A model generated the notes under the pieces. It saw only the letters and a list, made by a program, of their open reading frames with translations, did no database searches and was not told the origin of the DNA. DNA of 48,257 nt, taken from the NCBI GenBank assembly GCA_035438585.1, contig DAORIO010000002.1:1-48257 (forward strand), in the 5' to 3' direction. Shown here in pieces: positions 18,370 through 26,800 of this stretch (positions within the stretch are counted from its first letter, which is position 1; each line of letters starts with the position of its first letter). A program made the position numbers and the translations under genes. Source of the DNA: Minisyncoccota bacterium (lineage in GTDB: Bacteria > Patescibacteriota > Minisyncoccia > Phycocordibacterales > UBA9973).

Positions 18370-19632
18370 ATGAATTTTTGGCAAAAAGTTAAATTGTTAT
18401 TAAGTGATAAAGGTCTACGAAATAAATTACTTTTCGTAGTCTTTATTCTTTTTATTTTTAGACTTTTGGCTAATGTTCCAATACCAGGAATAGACGCTTC
18501 AAGACTTGGGCAATTTTTACAACAAAGTCAGCTTCTTGGCGTTCTAAATATTTTCTCAGGTGGAGGTCTTTCAAATCTTTCTCTTGTAATGCTTGGGGTA
18601 GGTCCTTATATTACTGCTTCTATTATTTTACAAGTACTTACTTTAATTTCTCCAAAACTTAAAGCTTTATACTCAGAAGAAGGAGAGGCGGGAAAAAAGA
18701 AATTTACTCAATACGGAAGACTTCTAACTGTTCCGTTGGCTGCATTGCAAGGATATTCTCTTATTTATTTGTTGTCTCAACAAGGTGTAATCGATCAACT
18801 TTATGGTTTTGCTCTATTTTCAAATATTATAATTTTGATTGCCGGCGCTCTTATTGCTATGTGGCTGGGCGAGCTTATTTCAGAATATGGAATTGGTAAT
18901 GGTGTTTCAATGATAATTTTTGCTGGTATTGTTGCAGGAATACCTTCTAAGTTTTCTCAGATTATTTCAACATTTGATACAACTATGATTCCTATGTATT
19001 TAGTTTTTCTTGCGGTTGCAATAGCTGTAATTGCTGGGGTTATTTTTATAACAGAAGCAGAACGGCTTGTTCCAGTAACTTACGCAAGACAAGTCCGAGG
19101 TATTGGCCAGGCGAATGCTTCATATTTGCCTATAAAATTAAATCAAGCTGGGGTTATTCCAATAATTTTTGCTTTATCTATTTTAGTTTTCCCTCAGATT
19201 TTAGGAGGACTTTTGGCAAATTCTGAAAATTCAACACTGGCTTCAATCTCAAAAACACTTTCAGGATTTACTCAAGCTTCTTGGTTGTATGCAGTCGTTT
19301 ATTTCGTGTTGGTTTTCTTCTTTACATATTTTTATACAGCTGTAACTTTTGATCCAAAAACTATTTCAGATAACTTGCAAAGAAATGGAGCTTTTGTGTC
19401 TGGTATTAGACCAGGGCAATCTACTTCAGAATATATTGGTGGAATCGTTAGTCGAGTTACTACAGTCGGAGCATTATTTTTAGGTGTTATTGCAATATTG
19501 CCTATAATTTCAACAAACCTTTCAAATACTCAAGCTATTTCAATTGGAGGAACATCTCTTTTGATTGCCGTATCTGTTATTCTTGATTTGGTAAAGAAAC
19601 TAAACGCCCAACTCACTCTTCGGGAATACTAA
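18370..19632 (+). CDS. secY: Preprotein translocase subunit SecY
   Basis: 10-TM profile with GIDAS...LF.GG.....S...LG..PYI.ASII.Q motifs. Confidence 0.97.
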   Translation: MNFWQKVKLLLSDKGLRNKLLFVVFILFIFRLLANVPIPGIDASRLGQFLQQSQLLGVLNIFSGGGLSNLSLVMLGVGPYITASIILQVLTLISPKLKALYSEEGEAGKKKFTQYGRLLTVPLAALQGYSLIYLLSQQGVIDQLYGFALFSNIIILIAGALIAMWLGELISEYGIGNGVSMIIFAGIVAGIPSKFSQIISTFDTTMIPMYLVFLAVAIAVIAGVIFITEAERLVPVTYARQVRGIGQANASYLPIKLNQAGVIPIIFALSILVFPQILGGLLANSENSTLASISKTLSGFTQASWLYAVVYFVLVFFFTYFYTAVTFDPKTISDNLQRNGAFVSGIRPGQSTSEYIGGIVSRVTTVGALFLGVIAILPIISTNLSNTQAISIGGTSLLIAVSVILDLVKKLNAQLTLREY

Positions 19633-19659
19633 AAAACATTGAGCAATCAATGTTTTTTG
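19632..19659 (+). terminator. Terminator after secY
   Basis: ACATTGA (19636-19642) / TCAATGT (19647-19653), then a T-run. Confidence 0.75.
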
Positions 19660-19723
19660 TTTAAATGACTTTTTTAAGCAATTTATATATAATTTAATCA
19701 TTACTAACTTATATTGAAGGGTT

Positions 19724-20539
19724 ATGAAAAAAGACTTAAGCAATGAAGAAAATAAATTAGCTCAGGAAATGGTGGATAATTCAGAGAAGCCAAATTTAGA
19801 ACTTTCTAAGGAAGGTAGTGTTTTTGATAAGGGTAACGAAAGATTTAACGCTGTTTCAAATACTATTTCTCTGGCAAAAGAAAAAGCAGCTTCTTTTTTT
19901 AAAAAGACAGGTAGTAGAATAAGTAATTTTTTTAAAAAAACAACAGTCGGAGTTCTCTCAATTCCAGAGATTGTAGAAAAAGGTGCTGAAAAATATGAAG
20001 AAATCGTTTCAAAGGGTGTTTATTTTACTGGAAATAAAATTACAGAAGGGACTAATTTTGCTATAGAAAAAATTGATCAAGGTGTTGAATTTGTAGATAG
20101 TTCAGTAGCTAAATCAGTTGATTGGGTTGAAGATAGAATAAAAGCAGTCCGTGGTTTTGTGGGTGAAGGCGTTGAGTTCGGAAAAGATGTTAGTTTTTAT
20201 CTTAGTAATAAGACAGCTGATGGTTTGGAAAATATAAAAAACGGGATTAGTCACAGGTATAAATCAGCTATAGAGTTTGGGATAAAATCAATTAATGGAG
20301 CTAAAGAATTGGTGCGGTCAAAAAAAGAAAGTTTTAATAATTGGAGGAATGAAATTCGAAAAGAGAGACTTGCAAGAGAAATAGAAAAAAATATTTCTGA
20401 GGTTTCTTTTGAAATAGGGTTCAATCGTGAAGAAATGGAAAAAAGAGCTAAGAATTTTCAAATATTAAATAATCGGTTGAATGAGTTATTAGAAGCTAAA
20501 AACGCACTTCTTGCGTCGCCGCAAGCTGTAGCTGTGTAA
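19724..20539 (+). CDS. Hypothetical 271-aa K/E-rich helical protein
   Basis: ATG ORF with no recognised domain. Confidence 0.55.
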   Translation: MKKDLSNEENKLAQEMVDNSEKPNLELSKEGSVFDKGNERFNAVSNTISLAKEKAASFFKKTGSRISNFFKKTTVGVLSIPEIVEKGAEKYEEIVSKGVYFTGNKITEGTNFAIEKIDQGVEFVDSSVAKSVDWVEDRIKAVRGFVGEGVEFGKDVSFYLSNKTADGLENIKNGISHRYKSAIEFGIKSINGAKELVRSKKESFNNWRNEIRKERLAREIEKNISEVSFEIGFNREEMEKRAKNFQILNNRLNELLEAKNALLASPQAVAV

Positions 20540-20540
20540 T

Positions 20541-20900
20541 ATGAAAGAATATATAGAAAAATTGCTTAAAAGTGACGCACTTTCTCATGAGGCTAAACAG
20601 AAAATAACAGCCTTATATCAGATGGAAATTTCTCCAGATATAATTGCTCAAATTCAAGATATTATTCAAGATGAAATAGATAGAACTTTTAATGAAGCGG
20701 GCATTTTGATTGACCAAAATGAACTTGAACTTAAGATGAATGAAATGGAGAATGATTTTAAATTGATAGAGAAAAACACAAAAGAAGATCTTGAGATTGT
20801 AAGAAATGAGCTAGACAATCTTGAAAGTATTGTTAATCAAATAGAAGAGTCCATAGATCAAGACAAAATTGAGGATTTAAGGAAAGAAATAACAGTTTAG
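20541..20900 (+). CDS. Hypothetical 119-aa acidic coiled-coil protein
   Basis: Starts one nt after the previous stop. No recognised domain. Confidence 0.5.
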   Translation: MKEYIEKLLKSDALSHEAKQKITALYQMEISPDIIAQIQDIIQDEIDRTFNEAGILIDQNELELKMNEMENDFKLIEKNTKEDLEIVRNELDNLESIVNQIEESIDQDKIEDLRKEITV

Positions 20901-20910
20901 TAAATATAAA

Positions 20911-21507
20911 ATGCAACTACAGACAATAATTTTTATGGGTCGTTCAGGTTGTGGAAAGGGGACTCAGGTGGCACTGTTAAAGGATTATATAAAGCAAAAC
21001 GACTCTGAAAGTAGAGAGCTTTTTTCTCTTGAAACTGGAGCAAAATTTCGTGAAATGATAGAAGGCGATTCTTTTACAAGTAAACTTGCAAAAGAAATTT
21101 ATTCAAACGGAGATCTTCAGCCTGCTTTTTTGGCAATTCATATTTGGTCTCATATTTTAATAGAAAATCTTAAGGAAAATAATCACATAATCTTAGACGG
21201 AACACCTAGGACATACTCAGAGGCTGTTATATTGGATTCCGTGATGGGTTTTTATAATAGGGTGAAGCCCATTGTTGTTCATATAAATGTTAGCCGAGAT
21301 TGGTCAAAAGAGAGACTTATGGAACGTGCGCGTTTTGATGACACAAAAGAGGGTGTTGAAAAAAGATTAAACTGGTTTGACAATGAAGTTGTGCCCGCCA
21401 TGAATCATCTTCGCGAAAGTGAAATATATAATTTTATTGAAGTAAACGGCGAACAAACGATTGAAGAAGTTCACAAGGAATTGATTCAAAAAGTTTTCGC
21501 ATCATAG
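20911..21507 (+). CDS. adk: Adenylate kinase
   Basis: P-loop GRSGCGKGTQ, ILDGTPRT, R..DD...V.KRL, in the conserved position before map. Confidence 0.88.
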   Translation: MQLQTIIFMGRSGCGKGTQVALLKDYIKQNDSESRELFSLETGAKFREMIEGDSFTSKLAKEIYSNGDLQPAFLAIHIWSHILIENLKENNHIILDGTPRTYSEAVILDSVMGFYNRVKPIVVHINVSRDWSKERLMERARFDDTKEGVEKRLNWFDNEVVPAMNHLRESEIYNFIEVNGEQTIEEVHKELIQKVFAS

Positions 21508-21509
21508 AA

Positions 21510-22271
21510 ATGAGTATTATAAAAGATCAAAAAGAAATAGAGTCTATTATTGAATGCGGTAAAAGATTGGCTAGTGTTTTAGATATTGTTGCAAAATCTG
21601 TAAAAGCAGGAATTACCACAGAAGAGCTCGACCGTATTGCAAGAGTTGAAATTGAAAAATTAGGAGATACTCCATCTTTTTTAGGCTTTACCCCAGAAGG
21701 CATAAGAAACCCATATCCTGCAGCCTTGTGCGTTTCAATAAATGAAGAAGTTGTACACGGAATACCAAGTAAAAAAATAATAAAAGAAGGTGATGTTGTT
21801 TCTGTTGATTTGGGGCTTAGGCATAATAAACTTTTTTGCGACCATGCTAAAACTGTCGTAGTTGGGAAAGCTTCAAAAGAAATCCATGATTTGGTTAAAG
21901 ATACAAAAAAAGCTCTGGAACTTGGGATTGCTCAGGCGCGAATAGGGAATACTACTGGCGATATCGGTAACGCTATTGAAACAATTGCTAAAAATAAGAA
22001 TTATGGTCTTGTAAAAATACTCTCTGGCCACGGTGTGGGAAAAAAGATACATGACGATCCTTATGTGCCTAATTATGGTAAACCGGGCCAAGGAGTGAAG
22101 CTTGTAGAAGGAATGGTTATTGCTATAGAACCAATGTTTACTCTCGGTAAAGGGCACGTTAGAGCCTTGAGTGACGAGTATACTTATGTAACCAAAGATA
22201 GGTCTATGTCAGCTCATTTTGAGCATACAGTTTTAATCACAGCTTCAGGCCCAAAAATACTAACAATTTAG
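21510..22271 (+). CDS. map: Methionine aminopeptidase type I
   Basis: VVHGIP, D.G...N..F.D, GHGVG...H..P.V.NY, IEPM and FEHTV motifs. Confidence 0.95.
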   Translation: MSIIKDQKEIESIIECGKRLASVLDIVAKSVKAGITTEELDRIARVEIEKLGDTPSFLGFTPEGIRNPYPAALCVSINEEVVHGIPSKKIIKEGDVVSVDLGLRHNKLFCDHAKTVVVGKASKEIHDLVKDTKKALELGIAQARIGNTTGDIGNAIETIAKNKNYGLVKILSGHGVGKKIHDDPYVPNYGKPGQGVKLVEGMVIAIEPMFTLGKGHVRALSDEYTYVTKDRSMSAHFEHTVLITASGPKILTI

Positions 22272-22285
22272 GTTATAATATTTCT

Positions 22286-22765
22286 ATGGAAAAAGCCCCA
22301 GAAAATGAAAATTTAATAGAGACAGAAGAAGGTTTGAAAATTGCCGAAGAGTCATTTGGTCCTAATGATAAATTGGAATCAGATTTGGTTGCCAGAGTAC
22401 AAGAAGCTGAAATGATGGAAAATCCTTCCGAAAAAATAAATACATTACTTAGACTTTCAATCGAAGCAAAAAGAAATGGTTTTTATGATTTATATAAAGA
22501 TCTAAAAGAGAGAGCGGTTCAGTTGGATGATGAAAATAATAAATTTTTTGACAGTGAGGCACAATTTAAGGCGGCAAAATTGAAAGACGAAATAGCTAGA
22601 ATGACATTACTTAATAGTGTAGATTATAGTGATTCTAAAAACAGTTATAAAGAAGGAGTTAATGAAGAAAGAGAGGAGGTTCCTCAAGAAATACCCAAAA
22701 ATGAAATTTCCGTTACCCAATCTATTCGCAAAAAAATAATGTCCACTTTAAAAAGCATTTTTTAG
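22286..22765 (+). CDS. Hypothetical 159-aa acidic protein
   Basis: ATG ORF with no recognised domain. Confidence 0.5.
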   Translation: MEKAPENENLIETEEGLKIAEESFGPNDKLESDLVARVQEAEMMENPSEKINTLLRLSIEAKRNGFYDLYKDLKERAVQLDDENNKFFDSEAQFKAAKLKDEIARMTLLNSVDYSDSKNSYKEGVNEEREEVPQEIPKNEISVTQSIRKKIMSTLKSIF

Positions 22766-22789
22766 TCTCTAAAAATAAATATTTTGATG

Positions 22790-22795
22790 TATAAT
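22790..22795 (+). promoter_or_regulatory. -10 box (TGTATAAT context) 8 nt before the ATG at 22804
   Basis: TATAAT at 22790-22795 is preceded by TG. The spacing would put the transcription start at or next to the start codon. Confidence 0.4.
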
Positions 22796-22803
22796 TGAAA
22801 TCA

Positions 22804-25542
22804 ATGGAAAATCAATTTTTCAAAGATCTACCTAAATTTACAACTCCAGAAGAGGAGATTAGTTATTTGCGTGAACATATAAGTTCTAGAGAAAAACAAC
22901 TCTCTGAAGAAAGAAAAAATGTTCCCCTAGAGCAGGTAGCCAAAGACGCTATTGATGCTTACAAATTTGTTCCAGCAGAAAAAGTAATACCAGATAATTT
23001 AATTCCACGACAAGAGGCGGAGCAAATAGTTTTGAGTCTTACACCGGAGGCTCACGACAAACAAATAGAAGAATTTTTTGGTCTGATGCTTGACCGTGGT
23101 CTAAAGAATACTTTTTCTGTTTTGAAAAAAATGAACAATCCGCATTTGGATGATGACTTTCATAGATTTTTAGTTCAGTATTTAATAACCGGACAAAAAC
23201 CATCTGATTTGAAAGAAGGACTCGAAGAAAATAGAGGACTTTCTATGAGGCTTTTTGAAGTTAGTCTTCCAAATTTTGATAAAGAAAAAAAGACCTCAGC
23301 GTCTTTAATTTCAGGGATGGAGCAATTTCTCTCCGGTATGCAGGCTGTTGGAGATGGACGAACTATTGAAGGAAAAGAATATTTTACACTAGAGCTTGCT
23401 GTTGAGAATCATGGTTCAAATATGTCTTTGTATGTTGCAGTTCCGGCGTCTCGGGCAGATCTTTTTGAAAAAAATATGTTAGCAGTGTACCCAGAAGCAA
23501 AAATAAAAGAAGTTCCAAATGACTACAATATTTTTAATGAGCAAGGTTTTGCCATGACTTCAGTTGCAAAACTATCAGAGCTTCCTGTTTTTCCGCTTCG
23601 TTCTTTTGAAAACGGAGAGACAGACCCGATGTCTTCAATAATTTCTGCTTTTTCAAAGTTCAATCAAGTCGGAGAAGGGGCGTCTATTCAATTTGTCATA
23701 AAGCCTGTCGGAGACGCTTTTATAAAAAGATACAACAGAATCCTTGATCAGGTTAGAAACGGCGGGAATATAAAAGAGATCTATAGTGGGATTGATAGCT
23801 GGAGCGGAGCTTTGAAAAATGCCGCAAAGGATTTTTTCTCTGCTCCTGCTAATAAAGATGAAAGTTCAAATGATAAAAAAGAAGACGAAAAACTAAGAAG
23901 TAATATTGAAAAAATGAACAAGAAACTTAGTTCTACTATTTTGTCAGCAAATATTCGTATTGTCGCTTCTGCTCCTACAAAAGAAAGAACAGAACAAATG
24001 ATAAGAGAGATTTCTTCTGCCTTCAATCAATTTACAGATACAACATCAAACTCTTTAGTTTTTCAAAACATTAGTGAATCCAGGCTTTTTGAAGAACTAC
24101 ATTCTTTTTCATATAGAATTTTTAAAGAGGAAAATAATATACCGCTAAGTCAAAAAGAAATTGCCAGTATGGTGCATATGCCAGAAAATACAGTTGCTTC
24201 GCCTCATATTGCACAAAGCTCAATGACAACATCTCCTGCGCCGACTGAGGTTGCAAATCGAGGTGTTATTTTGGGTATTAATTCTTATCGCGGACAAGAA
24301 ACAGAGGTAAGATTTTCTCCTGAAGATAGACTTAGGCATCTTTATGTTATTGGACAAACTGGAACTGGTAAAACAACAATTTTGAAAAATATGATTGTGC
24401 AAGATATTCAAAACGGAGAAGGTGTTTGTTTTATTGATCCGCACGGAAATGATATTGAAGATATATTGGCAAATGTTCCACCCGAGAGAGCAGATGATGT
24501 TATTTATTTTGATCCAGGATTTATTGACCGACCAATTGGGTTAAATATGCTTGAGTACGATGTTCGTTTCCCAGAGCAAAAAACTTTTGTTGTAGACGAA
24601 CTTCTTTCTATTTTTAGAAAACTTTTTGGAGGAACTCCAGAAAGTATGGGCCCAGCTTTTGAACAATATTTTAGAAATTCAGCCTTACTTGCAATGGATG
24701 ACCCAAGCGAGGGTGCAACACTTCTTGAAATTGGAAGAGTTTTAGCAAACAAAGAATACAGACAAAGATTGATTTCAAAATGCATGAACCCAATAATTAG
24801 ACAATTTTGGGAAAGTGCCGAAAAGACAACAGGGGAAGCGTCTTTGGCAAACTATGTAAACTACATAACCAACAAATTCGACGTTTTTATAACAAATGAA
24901 ATAATGCGACCGATTGTTGTTCAGCAAAAATCATCACTTAACTTTAGAGAAATAATCGACGGAAAGAAAATACTTTTGGTAAATCTTTCAAAAGGAAGGC
25001 TTGGAGAAATAAATTCAAACCTTTTGGGTCTTGTAATTGTTGGAAAATTATTTATGGCAGCACTTTCTCGCGTTGATTCAATTGGTAAGGATTTGCCGCC
25101 GTTTTATCTTTATATCGACGAGTTTCAAAATGTCACAACAAATTCTATCAGTCAGATTTTATCAGAAGCTCGAAAATACAAATTGGGACTTAATTTAGCA
25201 CATCAATATATTGCTCAAATAGATGAAGGAATAAAAAATGCAGTTTTTGGAAACGTTGGATCTATGGCTGCTTTTAGAATCGGAGTGGATGATGCTGACT
25301 TTTTAGCAAAACAATTTGAGCCAACTTTTACTGGACTTGATTTACAAAAACTAGAAAATAGAAATGCTTATTTAAAAATGCTTGTAAATGGATTTCCTGC
25401 TAAACCTTTCAATATTCGCACACTTGCTCCAAATCCCGGAAATAGGGAATTAGCTCAAAAAATAAAAGAACTTTCACACTTGAAATACGGGAAAGACCGA
25501 AAAATTGTCGAAGCGGAAATATTGAGCCGTTACTCGGCGTAG
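22804..25542 (+). CDS. Soluble VirD4/TraG/TraD-like (type IV coupling protein-like) P-loop ATPase with an uncharacterised ~470-aa N-terminal region
   Basis: Walker A GQTGTGKTT, FIDPHGN, Walker B YLYIDEFQN, and ARKYKLGLNLAHQYIAQI in the C-terminal half. No TM segments are evident. The ATG at 22804 is preferred over the track's TTG at 22795, which overlaps the -10 box. Confidence 0.8.
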   Translation: MENQFFKDLPKFTTPEEEISYLREHISSREKQLSEERKNVPLEQVAKDAIDAYKFVPAEKVIPDNLIPRQEAEQIVLSLTPEAHDKQIEEFFGLMLDRGLKNTFSVLKKMNNPHLDDDFHRFLVQYLITGQKPSDLKEGLEENRGLSMRLFEVSLPNFDKEKKTSASLISGMEQFLSGMQAVGDGRTIEGKEYFTLELAVENHGSNMSLYVAVPASRADLFEKNMLAVYPEAKIKEVPNDYNIFNEQGFAMTSVAKLSELPVFPLRSFENGETDPMSSIISAFSKFNQVGEGASIQFVIKPVGDAFIKRYNRILDQVRNGGNIKEIYSGIDSWSGALKNAAKDFFSAPANKDESSNDKKEDEKLRSNIEKMNKKLSSTILSANIRIVASAPTKERTEQMIREISSAFNQFTDTTSNSLVFQNISESRLFEELHSFSYRIFKEENNIPLSQKEIASMVHMPENTVASPHIAQSSMTTSPAPTEVANRGVILGINSYRGQETEVRFSPEDRLRHLYVIGQTGTGKTTILKNMIVQDIQNGEGVCFIDPHGNDIEDILANVPPERADDVIYFDPGFIDRPIGLNMLEYDVRFPEQKTFVVDELLSIFRKLFGGTPESMGPAFEQYFRNSALLAMDDPSEGATLLEIGRVLANKEYRQRLISKCMNPIIRQFWESAEKTTGEASLANYVNYITNKFDVFITNEIMRPIVVQQKSSLNFREIIDGKKILLVNLSKGRLGEINSNLLGLVIVGKLFMAALSRVDSIGKDLPPFYLYIDEFQNVTTNSISQILSEARKYKLGLNLAHQYIAQIDEGIKNAVFGNVGSMAAFRIGVDDADFLAKQFEPTFTGLDLQKLENRNAYLKMLVNGFPAKPFNIRTLAPNPGNRELAQKIKELSHLKYGKDRKIVEAEILSRYSA

Positions 25543-25620
25543 TATTGAGATAAGTTTTGTATTTTGCTATAGTCTTTGTGGCTTAGGCCATTTTTATTTT
25601 AATAACTAATATATATTTAC

Positions 25621-26130
25621 ATGGAAAGAACACTTATAGTATTTAAACCTGACGCAGTTCAGAGGGGGATTACTGGGGAAATTATTGCTCGTTTTGAAAA
25701 AGCGGGACTAAAAATCGTTGGGGCAAAGATGGTTTGGCCAAACGAAAATCATTACGATAAGCATTATGAAGGAATCGGAAAGCTTGCAACACGAATGGGG
25801 CAGAAAATTTGTGATATGACAAAGAATATGATGTGCGAAGGACCAGTTTTTGCTCTTGTTTTAGAGGGTGTTGAGGCTGTAACGCTTGTTCGAAAGATGG
25901 TTGGATCAACTGAACCAAAGAGTTCAGCACCAGGAACAATCAGAGGGGACTACGCACACATGAGTTATGGGCATGCTGATTCAAATGATATAGCTTTGCC
26001 AAATATTATTCATGCTTCAGGTTCACTTGAAGACGCAGTTCAAGAAATTCCACACTGGTTTTCTGATGATCAGATTTTTGAGTATGAAACTGTGTACGAA
26101 AAATTTACGTTGAAGAAAAAGGCTAAATAA
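25621..26130 (+). CDS. ndk: Nucleoside diphosphate kinase
   Basis: ERTLIVFKPDAVQRG..GEII.RFE..GLKIVG.KM and PGTIRGDY......N..HASGS motifs. Confidence 0.94.
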   Translation: MERTLIVFKPDAVQRGITGEIIARFEKAGLKIVGAKMVWPNENHYDKHYEGIGKLATRMGQKICDMTKNMMCEGPVFALVLEGVEAVTLVRKMVGSTEPKSSAPGTIRGDYAHMSYGHADSNDIALPNIIHASGSLEDAVQEIPHWFSDDQIFEYETVYEKFTLKKKAK

Positions 26131-26199
26131 TTTTTTTCTAAAACGCATTTTTTGAATTGTCTATATTGTTTTTGTGAAAAATTTTTTATAAGATTAAGA

Positions 26200-26386
26200 T
26201 ACGGTTATTTCAGCGTATTACCGAGAAACACAATATTTTAGGGAGCCAATAGTTTTCTTTATTTTTACAAGGAAGCGGTAATGATTTGCTTTGGCATTTC
26301 ATTCAGGCACCCCCGTGGGCCAAGGCTACGGTAATATTCTTGTAATAACCGTAAGTAACAAGCCGACGTTTTGTCGGCTTTTTTCT
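26200..26386 (+). ncRNA. Candidate structured RNA (unclassified sRNA or cis-leader) ending in an intrinsic terminator
   Basis: Long-range helix: TACGGTTATT (26200-26209) pairs with AATAACCGTA (26344-26353), and TATTACCG (26216-26223) pairs with CGGTAATA (26329-26336). Duplicated CGGTAAT and GCCAA boxes offer alternative pairings. Candidate -10 boxes are TATAAG (26187-26192) and TAAGAT (26195-26200). The terminator is at 26361-26386. Confidence 0.4.
26361..26386 (+). terminator. Intrinsic terminator
   Basis: AGCCGAC / GTCGGCT stem with a short T-rich loop, followed by a T6 run. Confidence 0.8.
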
Positions 26387-26392
26387 AAAAAT

Positions 26393-26800
26393 ATGAATTT
26401 TTTAAATAAAAAAATATTTTTCACCTTATTTTTAACACTTTTTTTGTTATTTTTACATGTTGGTGCTATAAAATTTGGCTGGTATTACATATTTTATGAG
26501 TTTGATATGGTTCCGCATTTTTTGGGCGGGCTTGTTATTTTTTTAATAATTTATAATTTCTCTTTAGTTTTTAAAAGAGAAATAAAAATTTTTAATATTA
26601 TTTGGTTGGTTTTTTTAGTTACTATTTTTTGGGAATTTTTTGAAATATACTTAGATAATACGTTTGGGGTAGAGTATGCTAGGACTTTTGATTCAATATC
26701 AGATATATGTTTAGGGTTAAGTGGTGCAATGATCGGTGCTTTTTTCACAGCAAAAATAGATAAAAACATATATAATAAAGTAAATGACAAACAAAGCTAA
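26393..26800 (+). CDS. Small multi-pass membrane protein (135 aa)
   Basis: Start moved to the ATG at 26393 (MNFLNKKIFFTLFL...), because the track's upstream part overlaps the structured RNA and terminator. About four hydrophobic helices. Confidence 0.6.
   Translation: MNFLNKKIFFTLFLTLFLLFLHVGAIKFGWYYIFYEFDMVPHFLGGLVIFLIIYNFSLVFKREIKIFNIIWLVFLVTIFWEFFEIYLDNTFGVEYARTFDSISDICLGLSGAMIGAFFTAKIDKNIYNKVNDKQS

Noticed and set aside
26200-26386. Assignment of the structured RNA to a known class (SRP RNA, TPP, purine, preQ1, fluoride, ZTP, T-box, c-di-GMP).
   Set aside because: None of the signature sequences I remember for these classes is present (for example CTGAGA for TPP, the T-box motif, or the SRP GNAR-loop with AGCA symmetric loop). 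It is left unclassified pending an Rfam scan.
26291-26392. Upstream extension of the membrane-protein ORF (track start at 26291).
   Set aside because: The extension would be translated through the long-range helix and the intrinsic terminator hairpin. The hydrophobic protein begins naturally at the ATG at 26393.
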